Of a stretch of 64,000 nt of DNA, positions 46,702 to 56,107 are shown piece after piece. The notes under the pieces are model-generated. The model did not search any database, had not been told where the DNA came from, and was given only the letters and a program-made list of their open reading frames with translations. The stretch's first letter is position 1. Each line of letters begins with the position of its first letter. The position numbers and the translations under genes are program-made. Origin of the DNA: an uncultured Chloroflexia bacterium (lineage in GTDB: Bacteria; Chloroflexota; Limnocylindria; Limnocylindrales; CSP1-4); NCBI GenBank assembly GCA_963713285.1, contig CAVQLA010000003.1, positions 4,514 to 68,513 of the forward strand, given 5' to 3'.

Positions 46702-47960
46702 GCACCCCCGACGCCCTTCGGCCGCGGCGCCGGCCGACGCCCTCGGTCGACGTGGGCGGGGTGCTCGTGGGCAGCGCCCACCCGGTCGTCGTGCAGTCGA
46801 TGACCAACACGGACACCGCGGACGCGGACGCCACCGCCCTGCAGGTCGTCCGTCTCGCCCAGGCCGGCTCGCAGCTCGTGCGGGTGACCGTGAACAACGA
46901 GGCGGCCGCCGCGGCCGTCCCGGAGATGACCCGCAAGGTCCGCGACCTCGGCTTCGAGACGCCGATCGTGGGGGACTTCCACTACAACGGCCACCAGCTG
47001 CTCGTGGAGTTCCCGGAGACGGCCCGGCTGCTCGCGAAGTACCGGATCAACCCCGGCAACGTCGGTGGCAAGCGCCGCGACGAGAACTTCCAGACGATCG
47101 TGCGGGCCGCGATCGACAACGACAAGCCCGTGCGGATCGGGGTCAACTGGGGCTCCCTCGACCAGCAGCTCCTGACCGAGCTCATGGCCGCCAACGCCAG
47201 CCTGCCCGAGCCGCGCGACGCGCGCGAGGTCATGATCGAGGCGATGCTCGAGTCGGCGCTGCGCTCGGCGGAGCTGGCCGAGGAGACCGGCCTGCGCCAC
47301 GACCGGATCATCGTCAGCGCGAAGGTGTCGGGCGTCCGGGACCTCGTCGACGTCTACCGCCTGCTCGCCGCCCGTTGCGACTACCCGCTCCACCTCGGCC
47401 TCACCGAGGCGGGCATGGGCATGAAAGGCATCGTGGCGTCCACCGCCGGCCTCTCGATCCTGCTGGCCGAGGGGATCGGGGACACGATCCGGGTCTCGCT
47501 GACGCCGGAGCCCGGCGCCGGGCGCGAGCTGGAGGTCGAGGTCGCCCAGCAGGTGCTGCAGTCGCTGGGCCTGCGCAGCTTCATGCCGCAGGTCTCGGCC
47601 TGTCCCGGCTGCGGGCGCACGACCTCCACGTTCTTCCAGGAGATGGCCCGCGACATCCAGCAGTATCTCAAGGACCGCATGCCCGAGTGGCGCGAGACGC
47701 ATCCCGGGGTGGAGGAGCTCCGCGTCGCCGTGATGGGCTGCGTCGTCAACGGGCCGGGCGAGAGCAAGCACGCCGACATCGGCATCAGCCTGCCCGGGAC
47801 GTTCGAGGAGCCGGTCGCGCCGGTCTTCGTCGACGGGAAGCTGCACGCGACGTTCCGCGGCGACGACATCGTGGAGCGCTTCGTGGCCCTCCTGGAGGAG
47901 TACGTGGCCCGCCGCTTCCCCGGCGCGGGGTCCGGCGCAGGGGTCGACGCCGCGACCTGA
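46698..47960 (+). CDS. ispG: 4-hydroxy-3-methylbut-2-enyl diphosphate synthase
   Basis: VQSMTNT, GLTEAG and Fe-S cysteines ([17 protein letters not shown]). GTG at aa 147 of ORF 46260 overlaps the rseP stop (GTGA). Confidence 0.93.
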   Translation: MSTPDALRPRRRPTPSVDVGGVLVGSAHPVVVQSMTNTDTADADATALQVVRLAQAGSQLVRVTVNNEAAAAAVPEMTRKVRDLGFETPIVGDFHYNGHQLLVEFPETARLLAKYRINPGNVGGKRRDENFQTIVRAAIDNDKPVRIGVNWGSLDQQLLTELMAANASLPEPRDAREVMIEAMLESALRSAELAEETGLRHDRIIVSAKVSGVRDLVDVYRLLAARCDYPLHLGLTEAGMGMKGIVASTAGLSILLAEGIGDTIRVSLTPEPGAGRELEVEVAQQVLQSLGLRSFMPQVSACPGCGRTTSTFFQEMARDIQQYLKDRMPEWRETHPGVEELRVAVMGCVVNGPGESKHADIGISLPGTFEEPVAPVFVDGKLHATFRGDDIVERFVALLEEYVARRFPGAGSGAGVDAAT

Positions 47961-48078
47961 GGATCCGTTCTGGGGCCGCTGCGCCCCATCGCGCCGCTCC
48001 CGCGGTCGAGCTGCCGCCGGACACCCGATCCGCCCGGGCGGGCGGACAGGGGCGCGGGCCGGGGTTGGTGCGGCGCGC

Positions 48079-48084
48079 TATACT
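48079..48084 (+). promoter_or_regulatory. -10-like TATACT upstream of nusA
   Basis: gcgcgcTATACTtcggcc, ~115 nt before ATG 48200 and upstream of the leader terminator. Confidence 0.45.
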
Positions 48085-48114
48085 TCGGCCCAACACGACC
48101 GCGCCGCTCCCATG

Positions 48115-48141
48115 ACGTGGCTGACCGCCACGTTTTTCTTT
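48115..48141 (+). terminator. intrinsic terminator/attenuator in the nusA leader
   Basis: ACGTGGC-tgacc-GCCACGT (7-bp stem) followed by TTTTTCTTT, the only long T run I noticed in an intergenic region of this window. Confidence 0.6.
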
Positions 48142-48199
48142 CGGTCCGGCGGGCGCGGCGGGCGTCGGACGCCGACAGCTGCAACAGGGAGGTGCGCGC

Positions 48200-49303
48200 A
48201 TGAGCCGTGACTTCGTCGGCGCCCTCCTCCAGCTCAACGCGGAGAAGGGCGTGCCGCGGGAGCAGCTCATCCGGACGATCGAGGATGCGATCGAGTCCGC
48301 CTACCGGCGGATCGCCGGCAACGAGGACGTCCGGGTTCGCATCGACCCCGAGCGCGGCGAGATGATGGTCACCCGCGAGCGTCTCGTCGTCGAGGAGGTC
48401 GAGGACGAGCTCACGCAGCTGACGGTCGAAGAGGCGCGCGCCCTCAAGGCCGACGCACAGCCGGGCGACGTCGTCGTGACCGAGCAGCTCGGCCAGGACG
48501 CGTTCGGCCGCATCGGGGCGCAGACGGCCAAGCAGGTGGTCCTGCAGCGCCTCCGCGAGGCGGAGCGCGACGTGGTCTACGACCAGTTCGCGAGCCGGGA
48601 GGGCGAGCTCATCACCGGCACGGTGAACCGGGTGGAGCCGCGCGCGATCATCCTCGACCTCGGCAAGGCGGAGGCCATCCTCGGGACGTCCGAGCAGTCG
48701 CCGGTGGAGCACTACCGGATCGGCCAGAACGTCAAGGCCTTCGTCCTCGAGGTGCGGCGGACGCCCAAGGGTCCGCAGGTGCTCGTGAGCCGCACGCACA
48801 AGGGGTTCCTGCGCCGCCTGTTCGAGCTCGAGGTCCCCGAGATCCACGCCGGGACCGTCGAGATCAAGGCGATCTCGCGGGACCCGGGCAGCCGGAGCAA
48901 GGTGGCGGTCGCCTCGCGCCAGGAGGGTCTCGACCCGGTCGGCGCCACCGTCGGCCAGCGCGGTGCCCGCGTCCAGGCGGTGGTCGCGGAGCTCGCCGGC
49001 GAGAAGATCGACGTCATCGAGTGGCACGAGGACCCCGCGGTCTTCGTCGCGAAGGCCCTCTCGCCGGCCCAGGTCGACGGGGTCGTGATCGACGAGGAGA
49101 ACCGGGTCGCCAACGTGACGGTCCCCGAGAAGATGCTCTCGCTCGCGATCGGACGCGGCGGGCAGAACGCCAGCCTCGCGGCGAAGCTCACCGGCTGGCG
49201 CATCAACATCCGGAGCGACGCGCAGGCCCAGGAGCCTGCGCCGGCTCCCGCCGCGGTCGCCCCGGACGCCGAGGGCGAGCCCGCGAACGAGGTGGCGTCG
49301 TAG
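48200..49303 (+). CDS. nusA: transcription termination/antitermination factor NusA
   Basis: N-domain, S1 domain (GELITGTVNRVE) and KH1/KH2 domains (GPQVLVSRTH, IGRGGQNA). GGGAGG SD. Confidence 0.95.
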   Translation: MSRDFVGALLQLNAEKGVPREQLIRTIEDAIESAYRRIAGNEDVRVRIDPERGEMMVTRERLVVEEVEDELTQLTVEEARALKADAQPGDVVVTEQLGQDAFGRIGAQTAKQVVLQRLREAERDVVYDQFASREGELITGTVNRVEPRAIILDLGKAEAILGTSEQSPVEHYRIGQNVKAFVLEVRRTPKGPQVLVSRTHKGFLRRLFELEVPEIHAGTVEIKAISRDPGSRSKVAVASRQEGLDPVGATVGQRGARVQAVVAELAGEKIDVIEWHEDPAVFVAKALSPAQVDGVVIDEENRVANVTVPEKMLSLAIGRGGQNASLAAKLTGWRINIRSDAQAQEPAPAPAAVAPDAEGEPANEVAS

Positions 49304-49623
49304 CCCGCGGCGCGACGGCCGGCCCGCCCGCACGGCGGTACCCGACCCGGACCTGCGTCGCGTGCCGGACTCCCCGCCAGAAGCGCGAGCTCCTGCGGGT
49401 CGTCCGGGATCCCGCCGGGGAGGTCCTCGTGGACCCGACCGGCAAGGCCGCCGGGCGCGGTGCGTACGTGTGCGCCGACCCGGCGTGCCAGCAGAATGCG
49501 ATCACCCGGGGGGCCCTCCGTCGGGCCCTCGAGGTCCCGATCCCGGCCGGGCTCTTCGGACCCCCGCCGGCCCCCGGGGCACCCATCGACGACTTCATCA
49601 CCGACCACGAAGGAGGGTCCTGA
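49300..49623 (+). CDS. ylxR: YlxR/DUF448 family RNA-binding protein (start unresolved)
   Basis: Frame of ORF 49021..49623 carries the conserved core RTCVACRTPRQKRELLRVVRDPAGEVLVDPTGKAAGRGAYVC. There is no ATG/GTG/TTG between the nusA 3' region and this motif. The start coordinate given is nominal, just at the nusA stop. Confidence 0.7.
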   Translation, partial: VARGATAGPPARRYPTRTCVACRTPRQKRELLRVVRDPAGEVLVDPTGKAAGRGAYVCADPACQQNAITRGALRRALEVPIPAGLFGPPPAPGAPIDDFITDHEGGS

Positions 49624-51521
49624 TGGCCAGGAGCAGGAGCGGGACCCGCGGACGTCGCGGCCCCCGCAAGCCCCAGCGGCGCGAGGGCGGCTTCTCGCCG
49701 GTCTCCGTGGCCGATCCGCGGGATCGCGCCGCCGTCACGCTGCCGGCGACGATCACCGTCAAGGAGCTCGCCGAGCTCCTGGACGTGAACCCCGCGGACG
49801 TCATCCGCGAGCTCATCAAGAGCGGCATCTTCGCGACGATCAACCAGCTGATCGACCGCGACACGGCGTCGCTCGTCGCCACCGAGCTCGGCTACGAGGT
49901 CGCCGAGGCCGAGGAGGCCGCCGTCGAGGAAGGCGAGGAGGGTGTCGAGGTCGCCGCCCCGGCGACGAAGGACCCCACGCTGCTGGGCGAGGACGACCCG
50001 TCGCTGCTCCAGGCACGTGCCCCGATCGTGACCGTGATGGGCCACGTCGACCACGGCAAGACGAGCCTTCTCGACGCGATCCGCAGCACGACGGTGGCCG
50101 CGGGCGAGCGAGGCGGGATCACCCAGCACATCGGCGCGTCCGAGGTCACGAAGGACGGCAAGAAGGTCGTCTTCCTCGACACCCCGGGCCACGAGGCGTT
50201 CACGGCCATGCGCGCCCGGGGGGCGCGGGTCACCGACATCGCGGTGATCGTGGTGGCCGCGGACGACGGCGTGATGCCCCAGACGCTGGAGGCGATCAGC
50301 CACGCGCGGGCCGCGAAGGTGCCGATCGTCATCGCCCTCAACAAGATCGACAAGCCGGATGCGAACCCGGATCGGGTCAAGACCGAGCTCGCCGAGGCGA
50401 ACGTCGTCGTCGAGGAGTACGGCGGCGACGTGCCGCTCGTCCCGGTCTCGGCCAAGGCGCGGACCGGCCTCGAGGAGCTCCTCGAGATGATCCTCCTCGT
50501 CGCCGACCTACAGGAGCTGAAGGCCAACCCGAAGCGCCCCGCCGTCGGCACGATCATCGAGGCCGAGCTCGACAAGGGCCGCGGCCCGGTGGCGTCCGTG
50601 GTGGTCCAGACCGGCACCCTGCGCATCGGCGACGTCGTGGTGGTCGGCAAGACCTACGGCAAGGTTCGGGCCCTGGAGAACGCCGCCGGGAAGCGGACCC
50701 AGAAGGTCGGCCCGTCCTCGGCCGCCGTCGTCCTCGGCCTCGCCGAGGTCCCGGAGGCCGGCGACATCCTGCGCGCGGTCGCCGACGAGAAGATCGCTCG
50801 TACCCTCGTCGAGGGTGCCCGCGCGGCCGCCGCGTCGACCACGGGGACGAGCCAGAAGGCGACCCTCGAGGACCTCTTCGAGCAGTTCAAGGAGGGCCAG
50901 GCGAAGGAGCTCCGGATCATCCTGAAGTCGGACGTCTCCGGGTCGCTCGGCGCCATCACCCACGCCCTGGAGCAGATCCAGTCCGACGAGGTCCGGATCA
51001 GCGTCCTCCACGAAGGTACGGGCGACATCACGGACACCGACATCCTGCTCGCCTCGGCGTCCAACGCGATCGTGGTCGGCTTCAACACGAAGCTCGACCC
51101 GCAGGCGCGCCGGACGGCGGAGGCCGAGAAGGTCGACGTCCGCCTGTACGACATCATCTACAAGCTCACCGACGACATCGACGCGGCCCTCAAGGGGATG
51201 CTCGAGCCGGAGATCGTCGAGGTCATCGAGGGCCGGGCCGAGGTCCGCCAGATCTTCCGGGTCGGCAAGAGCACGGTCATCGCGGGCAGCTTCGTCACCG
51301 ACGGCCGGATCGTGCGCAACGCCGGCGCCCGCGTCTACCGGGGCGGCAAGGTGATCACGACCGACCGGATCGATTCGCTGCGGCGTTTCCGCGACGACGT
51401 CCGCGAGGTGGCCCAGGGCTACGAGTGCGGGATCGGCCTCGCCGGGTTCCACGACCTCGTCGAGGGCGACGTCATCGAGGCGTTCACCCAGCAGGCGATG
51501 AGTCGCATCGCGGCCCGCTGA
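49623..51521 (+). CDS. infB: translation initiation factor IF-2
   Basis: G domain ([25 protein letters not shown]), with later domains collinear. ATG is at aa 88 of ORF 49362 and shares 1 nt with the ylxR stop (TGATG). 632 aa. Confidence 0.95.
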   Translation: MARSRSGTRGRRGPRKPQRREGGFSPVSVADPRDRAAVTLPATITVKELAELLDVNPADVIRELIKSGIFATINQLIDRDTASLVATELGYEVAEAEEAAVEEGEEGVEVAAPATKDPTLLGEDDPSLLQARAPIVTVMGHVDHGKTSLLDAIRSTTVAAGERGGITQHIGASEVTKDGKKVVFLDTPGHEAFTAMRARGARVTDIAVIVVAADDGVMPQTLEAISHARAAKVPIVIALNKIDKPDANPDRVKTELAEANVVVEEYGGDVPLVPVSAKARTGLEELLEMILLVADLQELKANPKRPAVGTIIEAELDKGRGPVASVVVQTGTLRIGDVVVVGKTYGKVRALENAAGKRTQKVGPSSAAVVLGLAEVPEAGDILRAVADEKIARTLVEGARAAAASTTGTSQKATLEDLFEQFKEGQAKELRIILKSDVSGSLGAITHALEQIQSDEVRISVLHEGTGDITDTDILLASASNAIVVGFNTKLDPQARRTAEAEKVDVRLYDIIYKLTDDIDAALKGMLEPEIVEVIEGRAEVRQIFRVGKSTVIAGSFVTDGRIVRNAGARVYRGGKVITTDRIDSLRRFRDDVREVAQGYECGIGLAGFHDLVEGDVIEAFTQQAMSRIAAR

Positions 51522-51531
51522 CCGGCCGGCC

Positions 51532-52122
51532 ATGAGCCAGCGCACCGACCGCGTCGACGAGCTCCTGCGCCAGGAGATCGGGCGGATCCTGGCGAAGGAC
51601 GTCCAGGACCCGCACATCGGCTTCGCGACCGTGACCGACGTCGAGACGACCCCCGACCTGCGCCACGCGAAGGTCCGGGTCAGCGTGATCGGCGGAGCCC
51701 CGGAGCGGGCCCAGGCCCTGGCCGCCCTCGAGCGGGCGATGGGCTACGTGCGCCACGAGCTGGGGGCCCGCCTCCGGCTCCGGCGGATCCCCGCGCTCCA
51801 CGTGGCGCTCGACGATTCGGCGGAGCGGGGGACCCGGGTGCTGCAGATCCTCGAGGAGCTCGAGCAGGGCCACGACGAGGCCGGGGAGGCGCTGGCCGAC
51901 GCGCCGCTCGCCGAGTCGCTGCCGACGCCGGTCGCGCGCGTCCGACGCGAGGGCGACGCGGAGGAACCCGCCGAGCTCGGGATCCCCGCCGCGGAGGTGG
52001 CTGCGCCGGGCGCCGGGGCCGGAGCGACCCACCGATCGTCCCGCGCGCCGCGGGGTGCGCGGCGTGCGGGTCATTCCGGCGCCCATCGCCGCGGCGGGAA
52101 CGATCACCGGGGCGGTGCGTGA
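51532..52122 (+). CDS. rbfA: ribosome-binding factor A with long low-complexity tail
   Basis: The RbfA core (RVDELLRQEIGRIL..DPHIGF.TVTDVE.T.DL.HAKV.VS) fills the first ~110 aa. About 85 aa of acidic/basic tail follow. Confidence 0.9.
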   Translation: MSQRTDRVDELLRQEIGRILAKDVQDPHIGFATVTDVETTPDLRHAKVRVSVIGGAPERAQALAALERAMGYVRHELGARLRLRRIPALHVALDDSAERGTRVLQILEELEQGHDEAGEALADAPLAESLPTPVARVRREGDAEEPAELGIPAAEVAAPGAGAGATHRSSRAPRGARRAGHSGAHRRGGNDHRGGA

Positions 52123-53144
52123 TGGCCGACGGCGACCTGGCGGCCCTGGCCGCCGCCGTCCCCGACGGCGTCGTGGAACGGCTCGGGGCCGCTCGCTCCG
52201 TCCTGGCCGTCGGTCACGAGAACCCCGATGCCGATGCGCTGGGCGCGGCCCTCGCCGTCGGCATGCTCGTGGAAGCCCGCGGCGGACGGGCCACCGTGGC
52301 CGTGAGCGACGGGGTCCCGGCGCTCTACCGCTTCCTGCCCGGCACGAACGCCGTGCGCACCGATCCGGAGCCCGGGGTGGCCTACGACCTCGTCGTCCTG
52401 TGCGACTGCGGCGACCTCTCGCGCGCCGGCGCGATCCTCGAGCGCAACGCGGACCTCTTCGCGGCGACGCCGCTGCTCACGATCGATCATCACGCCAGCA
52501 ACGACGGCACCGGCGACCTCGCGTGGATCGATCCGGACGCCGCCGCCACCTGCGAGATGCTGGCGCTCGTCGCCGTCCGGCTCGGGATCCCGCTCACGGC
52601 GGGCGACGGTACCCTCGCGGCGGCCCTGACCGCGGGGATCGTGATGGACACGGCGACCTTCGCCCATCCGAACGCCACCCCGCGGACGCTGCGGGTTGCG
52701 GCGTCCCTCGTGGAGGCCGGCGCGCCCCTTTCCGACATCAGCCGGCGGCTCTACCGCACGAAGCCCGACGCCCAGCTGGCGCTCTTCGGACGCGTGCTGG
52801 CCCGGCTCGAGCGCCACGCCGACGGCCTCGTGGTCGCCTCGACGGTCGAGCTCGCCGATCTCGCCGCCACCGGGGCGCTCTCGGAGCACTCGGAGGGGAT
52901 CATCGACCTCCTGGCGCAGGCCGAGACCGCCGAGGTGGCGCTTGTCCTCAAGGAGAAGGGGCCCGAGACGAGGCTGTCGGTGCGGACGAAGCCGGGCGGC
53001 GTGGACGCGACGCTGCTCTGCGGGACCTGGGGCGGCGGCGGCCATGCCCGTGCCTCCGGGGCCTCCCTCCCGCTGCCGCTGGCCGAAGCGAAGGCCGCCG
53101 TCCTGCCCGTCGCGGAGCGCCTGGCGCGAGCCGTCGTCCGATGA
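52119..53144 (+). CDS. nrnA: DHH/DHHA1 phosphoesterase (NrnA-type oligoribonuclease/pAp phosphatase)
   Basis: VGHENPDADALGA, TIDHHASN and GGGHARASG motifs. It follows rbfA, as in mycobacteria. GTGA overlap; ATG 52122 is an alternative start. Confidence 0.88.
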   Translation: MMADGDLAALAAAVPDGVVERLGAARSVLAVGHENPDADALGAALAVGMLVEARGGRATVAVSDGVPALYRFLPGTNAVRTDPEPGVAYDLVVLCDCGDLSRAGAILERNADLFAATPLLTIDHHASNDGTGDLAWIDPDAAATCEMLALVAVRLGIPLTAGDGTLAAALTAGIVMDTATFAHPNATPRTLRVAASLVEAGAPLSDISRRLYRTKPDAQLALFGRVLARLERHADGLVVASTVELADLAATGALSEHSEGIIDLLAQAETAEVALVLKEKGPETRLSVRTKPGGVDATLLCGTWGGGGHARASGASLPLPLAEAKAAVLPVAERLARAVVR

Positions 53145-54115
53145 CCCGGCAGGACGCCCGCGTGGACGGGATCCTGGTGGTCGACAAGCCGGTTGGGCCG
53201 ACCTCCCACGACGTGGTCGCGCTGGTGCGGCGGCTCGCCGGCACGCGCAAGATCGGGCACGGCGGCACCCTGGATCCCTTCGCCTCGGGCGTGCTGCCGC
53301 TGTACCTCGGCCTCGGGACCCGCGTCGTCGAGTTTCACCTGGGTGCCCGAAAGGCGTACCGGGCCACCGTGGTCTTCGGTTCCGGCTCCACGACGGACGA
53401 CCTGGAAGGGGAGCTGACGGCCGCCGCGGGGCCCGCCCCGGCGCGCGAGGCCGTGGCAACCGCGCTTGCGGGCTTCCTCGGCACCCACGAGCAGCGTCCG
53501 CCGGCCTTCTCCGCCCGCAAGGTCGGCGGCCGGCGCGCCTACGCGCTTGCCCGCCGCGGCGAGACGCCGGAGCTCAAGCCCCGCGAGGTCACGTTCCACG
53601 CCCTCGACCTCGTGGCGTGGGATGACGCCGACCCGGCTCACCCGACGGCCGTCGTCGACGTGGTCTGCACGGCGGGGACGTACGTCCGGGCCCTGGCGCG
53701 CGACCTCGGCGAGGCCGTGGGCAGCGCGGGCTACCTCGGGGCGCTGCGGCGCACCGCGTCGGGCCCGTTCGGGCTGGCCGACGCCCATCCGCTCGACGAG
53801 GTCCGCGCGGCGGCGGCGGCCGAGCGCCTGGCGGACCTGCTCCTGCCCGTCGGCAGCGGCCTCGACGACCTGCCGGCCCTCGTCCTCGCGGCCGGCGAGC
53901 TCCACGCGGTGGCGCACGGCGGCTGGACCGGGCGGGTGGAGCGCCTCGGGGTGGCGGGGGAGGGGATGGCGCCCGGCCGGCCGGTCCGGCTGCTCGCGCC
54001 GTCGGGCGCGCTGGCTGCCATCGCGCGCTCCCAGCCCGACGGGCGGCTCGTCACCGACAAGGTCCTCCTCGACCGGGAGGCGGGGCCGGCTCCCGCGGGG
54101 CGCGACGATGCATGA
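53141..54115 (+). CDS. truB: tRNA pseudouridine(55) synthase
   Basis: GILVVDKPVGPTSHD and the catalytic motif GHGGTLDPFASG. ATGA overlap with nrnA. Confidence 0.93.
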   Translation: MTRQDARVDGILVVDKPVGPTSHDVVALVRRLAGTRKIGHGGTLDPFASGVLPLYLGLGTRVVEFHLGARKAYRATVVFGSGSTTDDLEGELTAAAGPAPAREAVATALAGFLGTHEQRPPAFSARKVGGRRAYALARRGETPELKPREVTFHALDLVAWDDADPAHPTAVVDVVCTAGTYVRALARDLGEAVGSAGYLGALRRTASGPFGLADAHPLDEVRAAAAAERLADLLLPVGSGLDDLPALVLAAGELHAVAHGGWTGRVERLGVAGEGMAPGRPVRLLAPSGALAAIARSQPDGRLVTDKVLLDREAGPAPAGRDDA

Positions 54116-54917
54116 CGCGCTGCCGGGGATCGATGCCCTCCGTACGGCCGACGGGCCGCTCCTCGTCGCCGTCGGTGTCTTCGACGGCCTGCATCGCGGC
54201 CACCTGTACCTCCTGCGCGAGCTCCGGAGAGCGGCCCGCCGGCTCGGCGCCCATCCGGCCGTCCTGACCTTCGACCACCACCCCGACGAGATCCTTGCCG
54301 GGGCGGCGCCGCCGCTCCTGTGCGACCCGGACGAACGGCTGGCGCGCCTCGAGCGCGACGGGGTGTCCGTCACGATCGTGGAGCACTTTGACGAGGCGCT
54401 GCGGCGAACGCCGTACGACGCCTTCGTGGCGCGGATCCAGGCCCGCACACGGCTGGCCGGGTTCCTGATGACCCCCGATGCGGCCTTCGGGCACGAGCGC
54501 CGCGGGACGCCGCAGACCCTGGCCGCGCTCGGCGAGGGCGGCGGGTTCGGCGTGGTGGTGGTGCCGCCGTTCGACCTGGACGGACGGCCCGTGCGCAGCA
54601 CCGAGATCCGGGCCGCGATCGCGGTGGGTGATCTGGCCGCCGCCCGGGCGCTGCTCGGCCGGCGGGTCGCCGTGACGGGGATCGCCGCGGAGTGGAGCGA
54701 TGACGGCCGCGAGGTCGCCCTGCGGTTCCCACTTCCCGTGGCGTTGCCGCCGCCCGGAGCGTACGCGGCCACGGTGTCGGCGGCCTGGGCGCCCGGCGTC
54801 CGGCCGGGGCCGGCGCGCCACGCCGCGGTCGAGGTGGAGACGGACGGATCGATCATCGTGCGAGCGTCCCGCGGGGCGCTCCGCCACGACCGGCTGCGGG
54901 TCGCCTTCACCGGATGA
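54108..54917 (+). CDS. ribF: FAD synthetase (FMN adenylyltransferase) with degenerate riboflavin-kinase-like C-terminus
   Basis: N-terminal FMNAT motifs (VGVFDGLHRGHLYLL, LTFDHHP, STEIRAAIAVGDL). The C-terminal ~90 aa lack the PTAN-type kinase motif. ATG is at aa 215 of ORF 53466. 8-nt overlap with truB. Confidence 0.8.
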   Translation: MHDALPGIDALRTADGPLLVAVGVFDGLHRGHLYLLRELRRAARRLGAHPAVLTFDHHPDEILAGAAPPLLCDPDERLARLERDGVSVTIVEHFDEALRRTPYDAFVARIQARTRLAGFLMTPDAAFGHERRGTPQTLAALGEGGGFGVVVVPPFDLDGRPVRSTEIRAAIAVGDLAAARALLGRRVAVTGIAAEWSDDGREVALRFPLPVALPPPGAYAATVSAAWAPGVRPGPARHAAVEVETDGSIIVRASRGALRHDRLRVAFTG

Positions 54918-55303
54918 CGCGGCGAGCGGCCCAGGCGCCGGACCCGGCGACGCCCGAGGAGCTCGTCGCCGGCGTCCCGCTCGGAACGGCGGTGCTGGCA
55001 CGCGTGCGCGAGGCAATCGCCGACGCGGAGCCGCTCGAGGTCCGGACCTCGAGAAGCCAGGTCGCTCTCCGTCGTCGCCGCGGCTTCGCCTGGCTCTGGC
55101 GGCCGGACCGCTACCTCGCGCGGCCGGGGGCTGCCGTCGTCCTGTCCTTCGCCCTCGGGAGGGACGCCACGTCAGCGCGGTTGAAGCAGGTCAGCCAGGT
55201 CTCGAGGCGGCACTGGATGCACCATCTCGAGGTGCGCGACCTCGCCGAGATCGACACGGAGGTCGTGGGCTGGCTCCGCGAGGCGGCCGAGCGGGCCGGC
55301 TAG
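54914..55303 (+). CDS. hypothetical protein (DUF5655-like)
   Basis: 129 aa with SQVALRRRRGFAWLW...VVLSFALGR...WMHHLEVRDLAEIDTEVVGWLREA, which resembles DUF5655 from memory. ATGA overlap with ribF. Confidence 0.5.
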   Translation: MTRRAAQAPDPATPEELVAGVPLGTAVLARVREAIADAEPLEVRTSRSQVALRRRRGFAWLWRPDRYLARPGAAVVLSFALGRDATSARLKQVSQVSRRHWMHHLEVRDLAEIDTEVVGWLREAAERAG

Positions 55304-56022
55304 GAGCGGGTCGTCCGCACCGTGCGCCGGGCGGCGGCCACCGCCCGGAAGAAGTGGCGGACGTGTGCCGCCGGGCGGATGTGGCTCGGCCCACCGGTGT
55401 AGATCGTGCGGATCGGGACCCAGGCGATCGGCCAGCCCCGGGCGATGCACGTCGCAAGCATCTCGACCTCGAACTCGAAGCCCCGCTCCTCGCTGGCGAG
55501 CGACGCTTCCATGAGCCGGCGCCCGATAAGGCGGTAGCCAGACTGGTTGTCGGGCACGTGCTCGCCGACCGCCCAGGAGAAGGCGGCGCCCCCGACGGTG
55601 TTGGCGACGCGACGGGGCAGCGGCATGTGCTCGAAGTCGCGCCGCCCGACGACGAGGTCGAGGCGCACGGGACCGCCGTGGCGCTCGGGCGACCAGCCGG
55701 CGCCGAACGCGGCCAGGAAGGCCGGGATCTCCGCCGGATCGTGCTGGCCGTCGCCGTCGAGGGTGAGCGCACCCTCGTAGCCGCGCTCGAGAGCGGCCCG
55801 GAACCCCGCCCGCAGCGCGGCGCCCTTGCCGGCGTTCGGGCGCTGCTCGAGCACCTCGGCGCCGGCCTCGCGGGCGACCCGGGCGGTGGCGTCGGACGAG
55901 CCGTCGTCCACGACGAGCACGGGCAGGTGGGTGGCCACGCCGCGCACGACGGCCGCGATCCGCGGCGCCTCGTCGTGAGCCGGGATCAGCGCCAGCACGC
56001 AGGTCGGAGGGAGGTCGCTCAT
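55300..56022 (-). CDS. family-2 glycosyltransferase
   Basis: GT-A motifs (LIPAHDE, VVDDGSSD, DGDGQHDP, NQSGYR). Its stop overlaps the stop of the convergent + strand gene (CTAG). Confidence 0.85.
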   Translation of the reverse strand: MSDLPPTCVLALIPAHDEAPRIAAVVRGVATHLPVLVVDDGSSDATARVAREAGAEVLEQRPNAGKGAALRAGFRAALERGYEGALTLDGDGQHDPAEIPAFLAAFGAGWSPERHGGPVRLDLVVGRRDFEHMPLPRRVANTVGGAAFSWAVGEHVPDNQSGYRLIGRRLMEASLASEERGFEFEVEMLATCIARGWPIAWVPIRTIYTGGPSHIRPAAHVRHFFRAVAAARRTVRTTRS

Positions 56023-56028
56023 CCTGGA

Positions 56029-56034
56029 AGAGTA
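56029..56034 (-). promoter_or_regulatory. -10-like TACTCT placed for a leaderless glycosyltransferase mRNA
   Basis: The - strand reads ggTACTCTtccaggATG: six nt separate the hexamer from the ATG, and there is no SD. Confidence 0.4.
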
Positions 56035-56107
56035 CCGGGGTCCGGGTCGGCCGGGCCCGCCTCCGCGTCAGCGGGCGTTGCCACGGCCCCGCGTGGGGCG
56101 TGAGCGT

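Noticed and set aside
48112-48210. 32-codon ORF (MTWLTATFFFRSGG...) in the nusA leader as a leader peptide.
   Set aside because: It has no SD and is not positioned for leaderless initiation from the TATACT box. Its sequence beyond the terminator region is GC-driven junk. I mention it only as a possibility in the attenuator finding.
49200-49303. Programmed -1 frameshift fusing NusA to YlxR. The ylxR frame is open through the nusA 3' end and is the -1 frame.
   Set aside because: I saw no slippery heptamer (X XXY YYZ) in the last ~100 nt of nusA. The open frame is expected at this GC content.
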